DNA of 64,000 nt, from assembly GCA_963771275.1 (NCBI GenBank), contig CAVYSW010000010.1, positions 608,001 to 672,000 of the forward strand, written 5' to 3'. A program made the translations under genes and the position numbers. Origin of the DNA: an uncultured Gemmatimonadales bacterium (GTDB taxonomy: Bacteria > Gemmatimonadota > Gemmatimonadetes > Gemmatimonadales > GWC2-71-9). Below the pieces are notes generated by a model. It was given only the letters and a program-made list of their open reading frames with translations. It did no database searches and was not told the origin of the DNA. This document shows positions 1 to 10,649 of this stretch, piece after piece (the stretch's first letter is position 1; the number at the start of each line of letters is the position of its first letter).

Positions 1-454
1 CGAGATCGCGATGGCCTGCGATCTGCGCGTCGCGTGCAAGGACGGCGGGAAGATCGGTCTGCCCGAGGTGACGCTCGGCGTGCTGCCGGGGACCGGCGGC
101 ACGCAGCGGCTGGCGCGGATCATCGGCAAGTCCCAGGCGATCGAGCTGATGGCCAAGGGCGACCTGATGAGCTTCGAGCAGGCAAAGACGCTCGGGCTGG
201 TGAACGAGGTGCTCCCCCGGGAGACGTTCTGGAAGGACGTGCTCGCCTACGCCAGCCAGTTCGTCCCGCCCAGGAAAGCGTCCAAGGCTGTGGGCCACAT
301 CAAGCGCGCGGTCTGCTCGGGGCTGGAGGTGCCGTTCGAGAGCGGTCTCGCGATCGAGCGCGAGCTGCAGCAGCAGCTGTTCCAGAGCGAGGACGCGAAG
401 GAGGGCATCGCGGCCTACGTGGAGAAGCGCACCGCGGTGTTCAAGGGGCGCTAG
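1..454 (+). CDS. Enoyl-CoA hydratase/isomerase (crotonase family), 5' end outside the window
   Basis: EIAMACDLR, KIGLPEVTLGVLPGTGGTQRLAR and C-terminal SEDAKEGIAAYVEKR; the frame is open from the window edge; TAG 452-454. Confidence 0.9.
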   Translation, partial: EIAMACDLRVACKDGGKIGLPEVTLGVLPGTGGTQRLARIIGKSQAIELMAKGDLMSFEQAKTLGLVNEVLPRETFWKDVLAYASQFVPPRKASKAVGHIKRAVCSGLEVPFESGLAIERELQQQLFQSEDAKEGIAAYVEKRTAVFKGR

Positions 455-1890
455 TGCGCACCGAGCTGTTGATCAACGGCGAGTGGCGGAAGGCGGCGAC
501 GGGCCGGCGGCTCGACGTCGTCAATCCCGCTACCGAGGAGACGCTCGCCGCGGTCGAGGCGGCGGGCGCGGCGGACGTGGACGCCGCGGTGGAGGCGGCG
601 CGCGCCTGCTTCGAGTCGGATGCGTGGCAGCAGCTCGCCGCGCGCAGGCGCGGTGCCCTGCTCTATCGCGCGGCCGATCTGCTGGAGCAGCGGGGCAAGC
701 AGTTCGCCGAGGTCGAGACGCGGCAGAACGGCAAGCCGCTGTTCGAGTCCAAGATCGACGTGGCGCAGACGGTCGAGGTGTTCCGCTACTACGCCGGGTG
801 GGCCGACAAGATCGGCGGCGAGGTGCGGCCGGTGGAGGCCGGCGACCTGGTGTTCACCGAGCGCGTGCCCGTGGGCGTGGTGGGCGCAATTGTGCCGTGG
901 AACTTCCCGCTCAACCTTGCCGGCTGGAAGCTCGCGCCCGCGCTGGCCGCGGGCTGCACGGTGGTGCTCAAGCCCGCACCGGAGACGCCACTCACCGCGC
1001 TGATGCTCGGCGAGCTGCTGCTCGAGGCCGGGTTTCCGGCGGGAGCGGTGAACGTGGTGCCGGGCGACGGCCCGACGGCGGGCGCGGCCCTGGTGCGCCA
1101 TCCCGGCGTGGACAAGATCGCATTCACCGGCTCGACGGCGACCGGCAGGCTGATCATGCGGGACGCGGCGGAGACCGTGAAGCGCCTGACGCTCGAGCTG
1201 GGCGGCAAGAGCCCGAACGTGATCTTCGCCGACGCCGATCTCAAGGCGGCGGTGCGCGGCGCGCAGACCGGGATCTTCTACGGCAAGGGCGAGGTGTGCG
1301 CCGCGGGCTCCCGCCTCCTGGTGGAGCGGTCGGTGCACGATCAGGTGGTGGACGAGCTGGTCCAACGGGCCAGGAAGCTCACGATCGGCGATCCGTTCGA
1401 CAAGACCACGCGGCTCGGCCCGCTCGTCTCGAAGCGCCAGCACGAGAAGGTGCTGTCCTACGTCGCCGCCGGGCGGCGCGAGGCGAGTCTCCTCACGGGC
1501 GGCAACGCGGCCACGGTCAACGGCAAGGGCTACTTCGTCGAGGCCACCGTGTTCGCCGACGCGAAGCCCGGAGCGTCGATCGTGGAGGAGGAGATCTTCG
1601 GCCCGGTGCTCACGGTGATCCCGTTCGACGACCTCGAAGACGGCGTCGGGCTCGCGAACCGATCGATGTACGGGCTCGCGGCGGGCATCTGGACCAGGGA
1701 CATCCAGAAGGCCTTCACGGTGGCGCGGCGGCTGCGGGCCGGGACGGTCTGGATCAACACCTACAACATGTACGACGCCGCCGCGCCGTTCGGTGGCTTC
1801 AAGGCGAGCGGATTCGGCCGCGACTTGGGCCGCGAGGCGCTCGACGGCTACACCGACACGCGGACGATCTGGGTGGGCCTGCGTGGCTGA
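454..1890 (+). CDS. NAD-dependent aldehyde dehydrogenase
   Basis: GTG start overlaps upstream [24 protein letters not shown] (catalytic Glu), GEVCAAGSR (catalytic Cys), EEIFGPV. Confidence 0.95.
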   Translation: MRTELLINGEWRKAATGRRLDVVNPATEETLAAVEAAGAADVDAAVEAARACFESDAWQQLAARRRGALLYRAADLLEQRGKQFAEVETRQNGKPLFESKIDVAQTVEVFRYYAGWADKIGGEVRPVEAGDLVFTERVPVGVVGAIVPWNFPLNLAGWKLAPALAAGCTVVLKPAPETPLTALMLGELLLEAGFPAGAVNVVPGDGPTAGAALVRHPGVDKIAFTGSTATGRLIMRDAAETVKRLTLELGGKSPNVIFADADLKAAVRGAQTGIFYGKGEVCAAGSRLLVERSVHDQVVDELVQRARKLTIGDPFDKTTRLGPLVSKRQHEKVLSYVAAGRREASLLTGGNAATVNGKGYFVEATVFADAKPGASIVEEEIFGPVLTVIPFDDLEDGVGLANRSMYGLAAGIWTRDIQKAFTVARRLRAGTVWINTYNMYDAAAPFGGFKASGFGRDLGREALDGYTDTRTIWVGLRG

Positions 1891-3064
1891 CGCGCTGATC
1901 TACTCGGCGGTGCGGACACCCGTGGGGCGGGCGGGCGGCGCGCTGGCCGACGTTCGTCCCGACGATCTCGCCGCGCTCGTCGTGAAGACGGCGGCCGAGC
2001 GCGCGGGCGTCGACCCCGCCGCCGTGGACGACGTGATCCTGGGATGCGTCAACCAGGCCGGCGAAGACAACCGCAACGTGGCGCGCATGGCGGCGCTGCT
2101 CGCGGGATTCCCCGTCTCGGTACCCGGTCAGACGGTAAACCGGCTGTGCGCTTCAGGCCTCCAGGCCGTGGCCGGCGCGTTCCACGCGATCCGGGCGGGC
2201 GAGGGAGACGTGTTCGTCGCCGGCGGGGTGGAGAGCATGACGCGGGCGCCGTACGTCATGCTGAAGCGCGGCACGAGCTGGGACCGCCGTCCCCCGGAGA
2301 TTGCCGACAGCACGGTCGGCTGGCGGTTCGTGAACTCTCGCATGCCGAAGGAATGGACGATCTCGCTGGGCGAGACCGCAGAGAAGGTGGCGCGGCAGTA
2401 CGGCATCACCCGCGAAGAGCAGGATGCGTTCGCGCTCGCGAGCCAGCGGCGCACCGCCCGCGCGCAGGCCGACGGGGTGTTCCGGGACGAGATCGTGCCC
2501 GTGTCAGTCGGCACGCGGGTCGTGGACGCCGACGAGCATCCCCGGCCGGACGTGACGCCGGCGGATCTGGCGAAGCTGAAGCCGGCATTCGCCAGGGACG
2601 GCACGGTGACCGCCGGCAACGCGAGCGGGATCAACGACGGGGCCGCGGCCCTCGTGGTGGCGCGGGCGGGAAGTCCTGCCGTGGGTGGTGCGCGGCCGCT
2701 CGCGCGCATCGTGGCGAGCGCGGTGGCCGGCGTGGACCCGAGCCTCATGGGGCTCGGACCCATCCCCGCCACGCGCAAGGCGCTCGAGCGGGCGGGCCTC
2801 GCGGTGGGCGACCTCGACGTGATCGAGCTCAACGAGGCGTTCGCGTCCCAGGCGATCGCGTGCATCCGGGACCTCGGGCTCGATCCGGGGACGGTGAACA
2901 TCCACGGTGGGGCGATCGCGCTGGGCCACCCGCTCGGCGGGACGGGCGCCAAGCTACTCACGACGCTGGTCCACGCGCTGCGACGCACCGGCGGCCGGTA
3001 CGGACTCGCGACGATGTGCATCGGCGTCGGCCAGGGCATGGCCATGATCGTGGAGCGCGCGTGA
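1883..3064 (+). CDS. Acetyl-CoA C-acyltransferase (thiolase), 3-oxoadipyl-CoA thiolase PaaJ/PcaF-like
   Basis: [41 protein letters not shown] start at 1883 overlaps the upstream gene. Confidence 0.92.
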   Translation: MADALIYSAVRTPVGRAGGALADVRPDDLAALVVKTAAERAGVDPAAVDDVILGCVNQAGEDNRNVARMAALLAGFPVSVPGQTVNRLCASGLQAVAGAFHAIRAGEGDVFVAGGVESMTRAPYVMLKRGTSWDRRPPEIADSTVGWRFVNSRMPKEWTISLGETAEKVARQYGITREEQDAFALASQRRTARAQADGVFRDEIVPVSVGTRVVDADEHPRPDVTPADLAKLKPAFARDGTVTAGNASGINDGAAALVVARAGSPAVGGARPLARIVASAVAGVDPSLMGLGPIPATRKALERAGLAVGDLDVIELNEAFASQAIACIRDLGLDPGTVNIHGGAIALGHPLGGTGAKLLTTLVHALRRTGGRYGLATMCIGVGQGMAMIVERA

Positions 3065-3855
3065 GCGACTTCGCCAACGTGCTCATGCGCGTGAACGACG
3101 GAGTCGGCACCCTCACGCTGAATCGGCCCGAGAAGCTCAACGCCTTCGCGGGGCGGATGCGCCAGGAAGTCGTTGAAGCCGTGCGGACGATGGCCCACGA
3201 CCCGGCGGTGCGCGTGATCGTGGTGACCGGGGCGGGCCGCGCGTTCTGCGCCGGGGCCGACGTCGACTACATGCGCGAGCTCACCGAGCGGGGTGACGTC
3301 GAGGGATTCCGCGGGCTGGTGGAGGCCGGCCGGCAGGTCGTGAGCACGATCCGTGCGACGGCGAAGCCGGTGATCGCGAGCCTCAACGGCCCCGCGGCGG
3401 GAGGCGGTGCCAACCTCGCCCTCGCGTGCGACATCCGCATCGCTTCGGACCGCGCCTCGATCGGCCAGACGTTCGGGCGGATCGGGCTCCACCCCGATTG
3501 GGGCGGCATCTACTTTCTCCCGCGGCTGGTCGGACCGTCCAAGGCCCTGGAGCTGATCTGGAGCGGCGCCATGGTGCCGGCGGACGAAGCGCTCGAGCTC
3601 GGCCTGTTCAGCCGCGTCGTGCCGCACGAGGGCCTCGAAGCGGAGACGCGGGCCCTGGCGGCCGAGCTCGCCACCCGCGCGCCGCTGGCGCTGGCGCTCG
3701 CGAAGCAGGCGGTGTACGGTACGGCGGCGAGCAGCCTCGCGGAGACGTTGGAGACGGAGATGAGCTACCAGCTGCGCTGCTTCCAGAGCGAGGACGCCAA
3801 GGAAGGCCTGCAGGCGTTTCTCGAGAAACGGGACGCCACGTTCCGGGGCGCCTGA
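3061..3855 (+). CDS. Crotonase-family protein, PaaG-like isomerase
   Basis: [28 protein letters not shown] (no Glu), GLHPDWG (Asp at the PaaG catalytic position); GTGA overlap. Confidence 0.85.
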   Translation: MSDFANVLMRVNDGVGTLTLNRPEKLNAFAGRMRQEVVEAVRTMAHDPAVRVIVVTGAGRAFCAGADVDYMRELTERGDVEGFRGLVEAGRQVVSTIRATAKPVIASLNGPAAGGGANLALACDIRIASDRASIGQTFGRIGLHPDWGGIYFLPRLVGPSKALELIWSGAMVPADEALELGLFSRVVPHEGLEAETRALAAELATRAPLALALAKQAVYGTAASSLAETLETEMSYQLRCFQSEDAKEGLQAFLEKRDATFRGA

Positions 3856-3866
3856 GCGGGCGTTCC

Positions 3867-4538
3867 ATGGCCCTGGTCATTGCCCACCGCGGCGCCTCCG
3901 CCGTCGAACCCGAGAACAGTCTGGCCGCGTTCCGTCGGGCGCTCGAGCTTGGCGCCGACGGTGTGGAATTCGATGTGCACACGACGGCCGACGATGAGCT
4001 GGTCGTGGCGCACGATCCCGATCTCGACGGCCACCCAATCTGCACACTGCCTTCTGCACTCGTCTCCCGGCACCGTCTCCCGAACGGGGAACCGGTCCCG
4101 ACCTTGAGCGCGGCGCTCGACGTCATCACGCTCCACGGCCTGGCCTTCATCGAGCTCAAGGACTTGCCGCCCGACGCCGACGAACGGCTGCTCGCGCTGA
4201 TCGACGCCTGCCCGGCCCCCGATCGCTGCCGGGTTCACTCCTTCGATCGCGCCCTCATCCGGCGCCTCACGGCGCGGCGCCCCGCGCTCGAGGCGGGCAT
4301 CCTCTCCGCGTCGTACTCGATCGAGCCCGCGTTCGACGTGTCGAGTGCCGGAGCGGTCGCCCTGTGGCAGCGGGCGGACCTGGTCGATGCGCCGCTCGCG
4401 GCGCTGGTGCGCCAGGCGGGCTACGCGCTCTTCGCGTGGACGGTGGATCAGCCGGAGCGCATGCGGCGGTTGGTCGCGGACGGCGTGGACGGCATCTGCA
4501 CCAATCGGCCGGACGTGGCCCGCGCGGTGCTCAGGTGA
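3867..4538 (+). CDS. Glycerophosphodiester phosphodiesterase
   Basis: IAHRGAS, PENSLAAF, GVEFDV, VAHD, WTVD, GVDGICTNRP. Confidence 0.9.
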   Translation: MALVIAHRGASAVEPENSLAAFRRALELGADGVEFDVHTTADDELVVAHDPDLDGHPICTLPSALVSRHRLPNGEPVPTLSAALDVITLHGLAFIELKDLPPDADERLLALIDACPAPDRCRVHSFDRALIRRLTARRPALEAGILSASYSIEPAFDVSSAGAVALWQRADLVDAPLAALVRQAGYALFAWTVDQPERMRRLVADGVDGICTNRPDVARAVLR

Positions 4539-5395
4539 AGCGGCTCGCCGTGATCGGGGCAGGCACGATGGGGCACGGCATCGCGCAGGTGGCATCGGTG
4601 GCGGGCTACGCCGTGACGCTCAGTGACGCGCGCCCCGACGTGATCGAGCCGGCGCTCCGGCGGGTGCGCGAGAATCTCGAGGGCGGGGTCGCCCGCGGCC
4701 GGCTCACCGCCGAGGAGGCCGCCGCCGCGATCGCACGCATCGTGCCGGTCGGGACGATGGCGGCGGCCGTGCGGGACGCCGATCTGGTGATCGAGGCGGT
4801 GATCGAGGACCTGGCGGTGAAGCGTGCCGTGTTCGGGGAAATCGCCGCTGCGGCGCCCCTGGAGACTACGCTGGCCACCAACACGTCATCGCTCCCCGTC
4901 GGCCGGATTGCCGAGGCGGTGGCGGATCCGGGGCGCGTGGTGGGGATGCACTTCTTCAATCCCGTCCACATCATGAAGCTGGTGGAGGTGGTGCGGCACG
5001 ACCGCGTCGCGCAACGTCACGTGGACGTCGTGCTCGCCGTGGCGCGCGCGATGGGCAAGGAGCCGATCGTGGTGCGCGACAGCCCGGGCTTTGCGTCGTC
5101 GCGCCTCGGCGTGGTCTTGGGGCTCGAGGCGATGCGGATGGTCGAGCAAGGCGTCGCCGCGCCCGAGGACATCGACAAGGCGATGGAGCTGGGCTACGGC
5201 CACCCGATGGGCCCACTGAAGGTGAGCGATCTGGTGGGGCTGGACGTGCGGCTGGCCATCGCGGAGTATCTTCATCGCGAGTTGACGGGCGCGCACTACG
5301 CGCCGCCCGAGATCCTCCGGGCGAAGGTGCGGGCGGGGGAGCTGGGCAAGAAGACCGGCAGAGGGTTTTACGAATGGCCGACCAAGTCGTCCTGA
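4535..5395 (+). CDS. 3-hydroxyacyl-CoA (3-hydroxybutyryl-CoA type) dehydrogenase
   Basis: GAGTMGHGIA Rossmann motif, IEAVIE, TNTSSL, GMHFFNP, HPMGPL; GTGA overlap. Confidence 0.93.
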   Translation: MKRLAVIGAGTMGHGIAQVASVAGYAVTLSDARPDVIEPALRRVRENLEGGVARGRLTAEEAAAAIARIVPVGTMAAAVRDADLVIEAVIEDLAVKRAVFGEIAAAAPLETTLATNTSSLPVGRIAEAVADPGRVVGMHFFNPVHIMKLVEVVRHDRVAQRHVDVVLAVARAMGKEPIVVRDSPGFASSRLGVVLGLEAMRMVEQGVAAPEDIDKAMELGYGHPMGPLKVSDLVGLDVRLAIAEYLHRELTGAHYAPPEILRAKVRAGELGKKTGRGFYEWPTKSS

Positions 5396-6255
5396 CCGCG
5401 CAGCCCGGCATCACCGATCTCCACATCCACGTCCAGCCGTGGCGCCAGCTCAAGGCGAGCGTGGCGGATGCGATGCGCCGCGGCAAGGAGGATCACTGGG
5501 AGCGGCTCCTCGTCTTGATGGATGATCCCAAGGCGCTGCTCGAGGTGATGGACGCGTCCGGGATCTGGCGGGTCGGGCTCGTCAACTACCCCAGCCCCGA
5601 CGTCATGGGGTTCACTGACGAGACCAACGCGTTCGCCGCCCGCTACGCCAGCGCCGCGCCGGAGCGGCTCATTCCTTACGGCGGCGTGCATCCGCGGTTC
5701 ACGACCGATCCCGAGGGCCAGGTCGAAGAGCTGCTGCGGCTCGGCATCCGGATCCTGAAGATCCATCCGCCCCACCAGGTCTATCCCGCCAACGCGTACA
5801 CGATGGGGCTCGAGGCGCTGGGGCGCATCTACCGGCGCTGCGAGGAACGGGGGCTGCCGGTCACGATCCACACGGGGACGAGCATCTTCCCCGGCGCGCG
5901 CTGCAAGTACGGCCGCCCGATGGAGCTGGACGACGTGGCGCTCGATTTCCCCGATCTCACCATCATCATGGCGCACGGTGGCCGCCCGCTCTGGATGGAC
6001 GAGGCGTTCTTCGTGCTCCGCCGGCATCGCAACGTGTACCTCGAGATCTCCGGCATCCCGCCGCTCAAGCTCCTGGAGTACTTCCCGCGGCTCGAGGAGA
6101 TCGGCGACCGCGTCGTGTGGGGCACCGACTGGCCCAGCCCGGGGGTGCGCGATCTCCGGCAGAATCTCGAACAGTTCCTGAGTCTGCCGCTGTCGGAGGA
6201 CCTGAAGACGAAGATCACTCGCACCACGTCCCTCCGCCTCGTGCCCGCCCGGTGA
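5374..6255 (+). CDS. Amidohydrolase_2 family metallohydrolase
   Basis: DLHIH, KIHP, IHTG, MAHGG, WGTDWP metal-binding motifs. Confidence 0.88.
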   Translation: MADQVVLTAQPGITDLHIHVQPWRQLKASVADAMRRGKEDHWERLLVLMDDPKALLEVMDASGIWRVGLVNYPSPDVMGFTDETNAFAARYASAAPERLIPYGGVHPRFTTDPEGQVEELLRLGIRILKIHPPHQVYPANAYTMGLEALGRIYRRCEERGLPVTIHTGTSIFPGARCKYGRPMELDDVALDFPDLTIIMAHGGRPLWMDEAFFVLRRHRNVYLEISGIPPLKLLEYFPRLEEIGDRVVWGTDWPSPGVRDLRQNLEQFLSLPLSEDLKTKITRTTSLRLVPAR

Positions 6256-7685
6256 TCCGACGCTTCGTCCTGCTCGGCGGGCCAGTCGCCCTGCTGTGCA
6301 CCGTGTGGCTCCCACCGCCGACGGGACTTGAGCAGGGGGCGTGGCGCGTGGCCGGGGTCGCGGTATGGATGGCCCTGTGGTGGCTCACCGAAGCGATTCC
6401 CCTCGAGGCCACTTCCCTGCTCCCGCTCGTGCTCCTGCCGCTCGCCGCCGGCGAGACGTTCGGGAAGGTCGCCAGCGCCTACGCCGACCCGATCATCTTC
6501 CTGTTCCTCGGCGGCTTCCTCATCGCGGCCGCGCTGGAGCGCTGGCAGCTGCACCGACGGTTCGCCTTTGCCACCCTGCGCCTGGTGGGCGCGGGGCCGC
6601 GCCGGGTCGTCCTCGCCTTCCTCGTCGCCACCGCGTTTCTCAGCATGTGGATCTCGAACACCGCCGCGGCGGTCATGATGCTGCCGATTGCGGCCGGCGT
6701 CGCCGGACTCGAGCGGGGCGGGTCGCTCCAGCTCGAAGAGCCACGCCGCGGGTTCTCCATCGCCCTCTTGCTCGCCGTGGCCTACGGCGCCTCGATCGGC
6801 GGTGTTGCGACGCTCATCGGGACCCCTCCCAACGCGCTGCTCGCGGCCAACGCCCGGACCCTCGTGGGCTACGAGATCTCGTTCGCCTCGTGGCTCCCGA
6901 TCGGGCTCTCGATCATGCTCCCGCTGCTCGCCGCCTGTTGGGTGATCCTGGTGCTGCTGTTCCGCGTACCCCGCAGCGCGCCCGGCCTGCTCGCCGGATC
7001 CACGGAGCGGTCGTCCCGGCCCTTCGGGACCGGCGAGTGGTTCGTCCTGGGGGTGTTCGGGCTCGCGGCGCTCGCCTGGATCCTGCGCGAGCCCAAGGAG
7101 ATCGGGAGCGTCAGAGTCCCGGGCCTTACCGACCTGCTGCCGATGCTCACCGATTCCGGGATCGCCATCGCGGCGGCCATGCTGCTGTTCGCCGTTCCCC
7201 TGCCCCGGGCGCGACACCGGTTCGCGCTCGATTGGGAGACGGCGCGCGGAATTTCCTGGGGGGTGTTGCTGCTGTTCGGCGGCGGGCTTGCACTGGCGGC
7301 GGCGGCCGAGACCAGCGGGCTCGCCCAGTGGATCGGCGGGAAACTTGCGGCGTTGGGTGGCATGCCGCTCCCGCTGATCCTGGCCCTCACGGCCCTGCTG
7401 TTTGCGTTGCTCACCGAGCTCACGAGCAACACGGCAGTGGCGGCACTTGCCATGCCGCTGCTGGCAGGGGTCGCCGGCTCGCTGGGTGTGGCGCCCGTTC
7501 CACTCATGATCGCCGGCGCCATCGCCTGCTCGATGGCGTTCATGCTGCCGGTCGCCACGCCGCCCAACGCCATCGTGTTCGGCTACGGCGTTCTCCGCAT
7601 CCGCCACATGCTGCGGGCGGGCATCCTGCTCGACCTCGTCGCCGTCGTGGTGATCACGGTGGTAGTTTCCTTCTGGGCACACTAA
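6252..7685 (+). CDS. DASS/SLC13 sodium-coupled anion (dicarboxylate/sulfate) symporter
   Basis: WWLTEAIP, SMWISNTA, IGTPPN, TELTSNTA, FMLPVATPPNAIV; multiple TM segments; GTG at 6252. Confidence 0.93.
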   Translation: MIRRFVLLGGPVALLCTVWLPPPTGLEQGAWRVAGVAVWMALWWLTEAIPLEATSLLPLVLLPLAAGETFGKVASAYADPIIFLFLGGFLIAAALERWQLHRRFAFATLRLVGAGPRRVVLAFLVATAFLSMWISNTAAAVMMLPIAAGVAGLERGGSLQLEEPRRGFSIALLLAVAYGASIGGVATLIGTPPNALLAANARTLVGYEISFASWLPIGLSIMLPLLAACWVILVLLFRVPRSAPGLLAGSTERSSRPFGTGEWFVLGVFGLAALAWILREPKEIGSVRVPGLTDLLPMLTDSGIAIAAAMLLFAVPLPRARHRFALDWETARGISWGVLLLFGGGLALAAAAETSGLAQWIGGKLAALGGMPLPLILALTALLFALLTELTSNTAVAALAMPLLAGVAGSLGVAPVPLMIAGAIACSMAFMLPVATPPNAIVFGYGVLRIRHMLRAGILLDLVAVVVITVVVSFWAH

Positions 7686-7702
7686 GGCGGCGGACGGGAG
7701 CC

Positions 7703-7906
7703 ATGACGGACACGGTTCAGGTAGCGAGTTTCCGGACCCGGCTCGATGCAGAGCTAGCGGCGCATGCGCTGGATGCGCTGGGTATCCCGTACGTGATCAA
7801 CTCGGCCGAAGGGATGGGGTCCGGCCCGCTGGGACCAGGAGCCATTCTCCTGGTACGTGCCGCCGACGCGGAGTTGGCCCGGGAGATCTTCGGGAAGGCA
7901 CGATGA
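7703..7906 (+). CDS. Small DUF2007-like putative signal-transducing protein
   Basis: 67 aa with GGGAG SD; DAELAAHALDALGIP...LLVRAADAELARE pattern; ATGA overlap with the next gene. Confidence 0.7.
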   Translation: MTDTVQVASFRTRLDAELAAHALDALGIPYVINSAEGMGSGPLGPGAILLVRAADAELAREIFGKAR

Positions 7907-8289
7907 CGACGGATCGGCTGTTCGCCGCGATCGGCGCGGTATCGGGCTTCGTGGCGGTCGCCGCGGGGGCGTTCGGCGCGCACGCGCTGCGCGCGCGCCT
8001 GGCACCGGACCTCCTTGCGGTCTTCGAGACCGGCGCGCGCTATCAGATGTACCACGCGCTGGCGTTGCTCGCCGTGGCGCTGTTCGTTGGCCGGTGGCAG
8101 GCCGCGCAGGCCCCGCAGGCCGTGTGGGCCGGCTGGCTGTTCGTTGCGGGCACGCTCGTGTTCTCCGGGAGCCTCTACGCACTGGCCCTGACCGGCTCGC
8201 GCTGGTGGGGCGCCGTGACCCCGGTGGGGGGTGTCGCATTCCTCGCGGGCTGGCTGCTCCTGGCGTGGGCGGCGATCCCGCGGACATGA
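7903..8289 (+). CDS. DUF423 family membrane protein
   Basis: GAFGAHAL, FETGARYQMYHALAL, FSGSLY, GAVTPVGG. Confidence 0.92.
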   Translation: MTTDRLFAAIGAVSGFVAVAAGAFGAHALRARLAPDLLAVFETGARYQMYHALALLAVALFVGRWQAAQAPQAVWAGWLFVAGTLVFSGSLYALALTGSRWWGAVTPVGGVAFLAGWLLLAWAAIPRT

Positions 8290-8357
8290 TCCCCCCTGCC
8301 CCCTCCGCCCCGCTCCCCCTTCTTCGCATGTCGCGACGACTTCCACCTACCCACTGA

Positions 8358-9212
8358 GTGACTGCATCCATGCCGCCCATCGTGTACTTCAATGGCGCGT
8401 ACGTTCCCAAAGACCAGGTGCGGATCTCCCCGGACGACCGTGGCTTTCTGTTCGCGGACGGCATCTACGAGGTCGCCCGCAGCTACGCCGGCCGGTTCTT
8501 CGAGCTGGCCGCCCATCTCGAGCGGATGCGGAACGGGCTCGCGGCGCTCGCGATCGACGGCATCCGCGCGGACTCGCTCGGCGGGGTGTTTGCCACGCTG
8601 CTGGACCGGAACGGCCTCACCGGCGGGCCGGCCCTCGTCTACGCTCAGGTGACGCGCGGTGCGTCCCCGCGCACGCACTGGTTCCCTGATCCACCGGTGC
8701 CGCCCACGGTCTACGCCGAGGCCAAGACGTTCGCGCCCAAGGGCGACCCCGCGAGAGGGGTCGCCGTGATCACCGTGCCTGACACCCGCTGGGCGCGCTG
8801 CGACATCAAGACGGTGGCCCTGATCCCCAACTGTCTCGCCAATCAGCGCGCCCGCGCGGCCGGTGCCCTGGAGGCGTTGTTCGTGCGCGACGGCGTGGCG
8901 CTCGAGGCCACGGCCAGCTCGTTCTTCGCGGTGGTGGATGGCGAGGTGCGGACGGCGCCGGCCTCCAACTACATCCTGCCCAGCATCACGCGCGGTGTCG
9001 TGCTCAGGATCTGCGGGCGGGAGAAGATCCCGTATCGGGAGACGCCGGTGTATCTCGACGACCTGCCCCGTGCGTCGGAGCTGTTTCTCGCGGGCACGAC
9101 GCTCGAGGTCATGCCGATCGTGACGGTGGACGGCAAGCCGGTCGGGAACGGGAAGCCCGGCCCGGTCGCCGGCCGGCTCGGAGCGCTGTTCCGGGCGGAG
9201 ACCGCCCGGTGA
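8358..9212 (+). CDS. dat: PLP-dependent aminotransferase class IV, D-amino-acid transaminase-like (alternative start 8370)
   Basis: DRGFLFADGIYEV, QVTRG, RWARCDIKT (PLP Lys), ILPSITR, GKPGPV. Confidence 0.85.
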   Translation: MTASMPPIVYFNGAYVPKDQVRISPDDRGFLFADGIYEVARSYAGRFFELAAHLERMRNGLAALAIDGIRADSLGGVFATLLDRNGLTGGPALVYAQVTRGASPRTHWFPDPPVPPTVYAEAKTFAPKGDPARGVAVITVPDTRWARCDIKTVALIPNCLANQRARAAGALEALFVRDGVALEATASSFFAVVDGEVRTAPASNYILPSITRGVVLRICGREKIPYRETPVYLDDLPRASELFLAGTTLEVMPIVTVDGKPVGNGKPGPVAGRLGALFRAETAR

Positions 9213-9952
9213 CGATTGCGCCGCGTCAGATCGCGCTCACGTTGCTGCTGATGATCGGCGTGGCACACGGCGCGCCCGCGCAGGAGGCTCGCGCGGCCGC
9301 GCCACCCGCGGCGCCGCTGGAGGCATGGCGGCTCGGCATGCGCCGCGACTCGTTCACCGTGACCATCCGGGGAGCGCCCGTCGGCACGCAGGTGACGGAG
9401 CTCCGCGCCGCGGACGGGACCCTGGTCTATACCGAGCACACCGAGATCGCGATCTTCTCGCTGGTTCAGCACACGCGGGTCGTCATGGACCCGGCGACGC
9501 TCGCCCCGACCTCGATGGATCAGACGGGCAGCGCGGAGGAGCAGCAGGCCGATACGCACGTCACCATGGCGCGCGGCCGAGTGCAGGGCCGTGCACAAAC
9601 GCCCGCTCCCGGCGGACGGGTGCGCATCACCGACGTGGACACGACGTTCGTCCCCGGTACGCTGGACGTGAACCAGCTCCCGGCTCTCGTCCCGGCGCTG
9701 CCGCTCAGTGACAGCACGAGCGTGGTGGTGAGCGTGTTCAATGCGGCGGACGCTTCGACGACGCCGTACACGATTGCCGTGGACGCGAGCGAGGATGTGA
9801 CGGTCCCGGCGGGGACATTCGGCGTCTACCGGGTGCTCCTTGGCAAGCAAGGCCAACCGCAGCTCACCGTGTTCGTGACCCGCGAGTACCCGCAGCGCAT
9901 CGTGAAGCTCGAGGCCACAGGCCAGCAGATCGCCTTCGAGCTGGTGCACTAG
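9209..9952 (+). CDS. Exported hypothetical protein (DUF3108-like)
   Basis: N-terminal signal peptide; EDVTVPAGTF motif; GTGA overlap with dat. Confidence 0.7.
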   Translation: MTIAPRQIALTLLLMIGVAHGAPAQEARAAAPPAAPLEAWRLGMRRDSFTVTIRGAPVGTQVTELRAADGTLVYTEHTEIAIFSLVQHTRVVMDPATLAPTSMDQTGSAEEQQADTHVTMARGRVQGRAQTPAPGGRVRITDVDTTFVPGTLDVNQLPALVPALPLSDSTSVVVSVFNAADASTTPYTIAVDASEDVTVPAGTFGVYRVLLGKQGQPQLTVFVTREYPQRIVKLEATGQQIAFELVH

Positions 9953-9962
9953 CTCGCATGGC

Positions 9963-9997
9963 AAAGGGCGGCCGGATCATGTCCGGCCGCCCTCTTT
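9963..9997. terminator. Probable bidirectional intrinsic terminator
   Basis: 12-bp stem AGGGCGGCCGGA (9965-9976) / TCCGGCCGCCCT (9982-9993), flanked by short A and T runs, between convergent genes. Confidence 0.75.
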
Positions 9998-10019
9998 GGC
10001 TGCCTGGTGGTTCAGTGGA

Positions 10020-10286
10020 CTACGACGCGGCGGCCACCGGATAGACGCTTATGCGGAAGCGCGTCTTGTCTTTGTGCTCGAACGTGACCTTGCCATCCAC
10101 CAGCGAGAACAGCGTGTCGTCCCGCCCGCGGCGCACGTTCTTCCCCGGATGGAACTTGGTGCCCCGCTGCCGGACGAGGATGTTGCCCGCGCGCGCGAAC
10201 TCGCCGCCGAACTTCTTGACGCCGAGGTACTGCGGATTCGAGTCGCGCCCATTTCGGCTGGAGCCGACACCCTTCTTGTGCGCCAT
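10020..10286 (-). CDS. rpmA: 50S ribosomal protein L27
   Basis: [31 protein letters not shown]. Confidence 0.98.
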   Translation of the reverse strand: MAHKKGVGSSRNGRDSNPQYLGVKKFGGEFARAGNILVRQRGTKFHPGKNVRRGRDDTLFSLVDGKVTFEHKDKTRFRISVYPVAAAS

Positions 10287-10287
10287 A

Positions 10288-10608
10288 TCAGCCGCCCACC
10301 CGTACGCTGGTGACCTTGATCTCGGTATACCGCTGCCGGTGCCCCGTCTTCCGTCGATAGCCCTTGCGGCGCTTGAACTTGAAGATCTGGAGCTTCTTGC
10401 CTTTCACGTGGCCGACGATTTCGGCCGTCACTTGGGCGCCCTTCACGAGCGGGCTCCCGGCATGCACCTTCTCGCCGCTCGAAGAGAGCAGAATGTCGTC
10501 GAACGTCACCTTGGCGCCGGGCTCGCCTTCCATGAGCGGAACCCGCAGGGTCCGGCCCTTCTCCGCCTTGAATTGCTGGCCCCGAGCGACGAAAATCGCG
10601 TATGACAT
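10288..10608 (-). CDS. rplU: 50S ribosomal protein L21
   Basis: [32 protein letters not shown]; directly upstream of rpmA. Confidence 0.97.
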   Translation of the reverse strand: MSYAIFVARGQQFKAEKGRTLRVPLMEGEPGAKVTFDDILLSSSGEKVHAGSPLVKGAQVTAEIVGHVKGKKLQIFKFKRRKGYRRKTGHRQRYTEIKVTSVRVGG

Positions 10609-10616
10609 AGACCTCA

Positions 10617-10646
10617 ACCTTAATCGGGGCATGCGGTTGTGGTCAA
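10617..10646 (-). promoter_or_regulatory. Candidate sigma70 promoter of rplU-rpmA
   Basis: TTGACC (10646-10641), 18 bp spacer, TAAGGT (10622-10617); 8 nt upstream of the ATG. Confidence 0.55.
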
Positions 10647-10649
10647 GGG

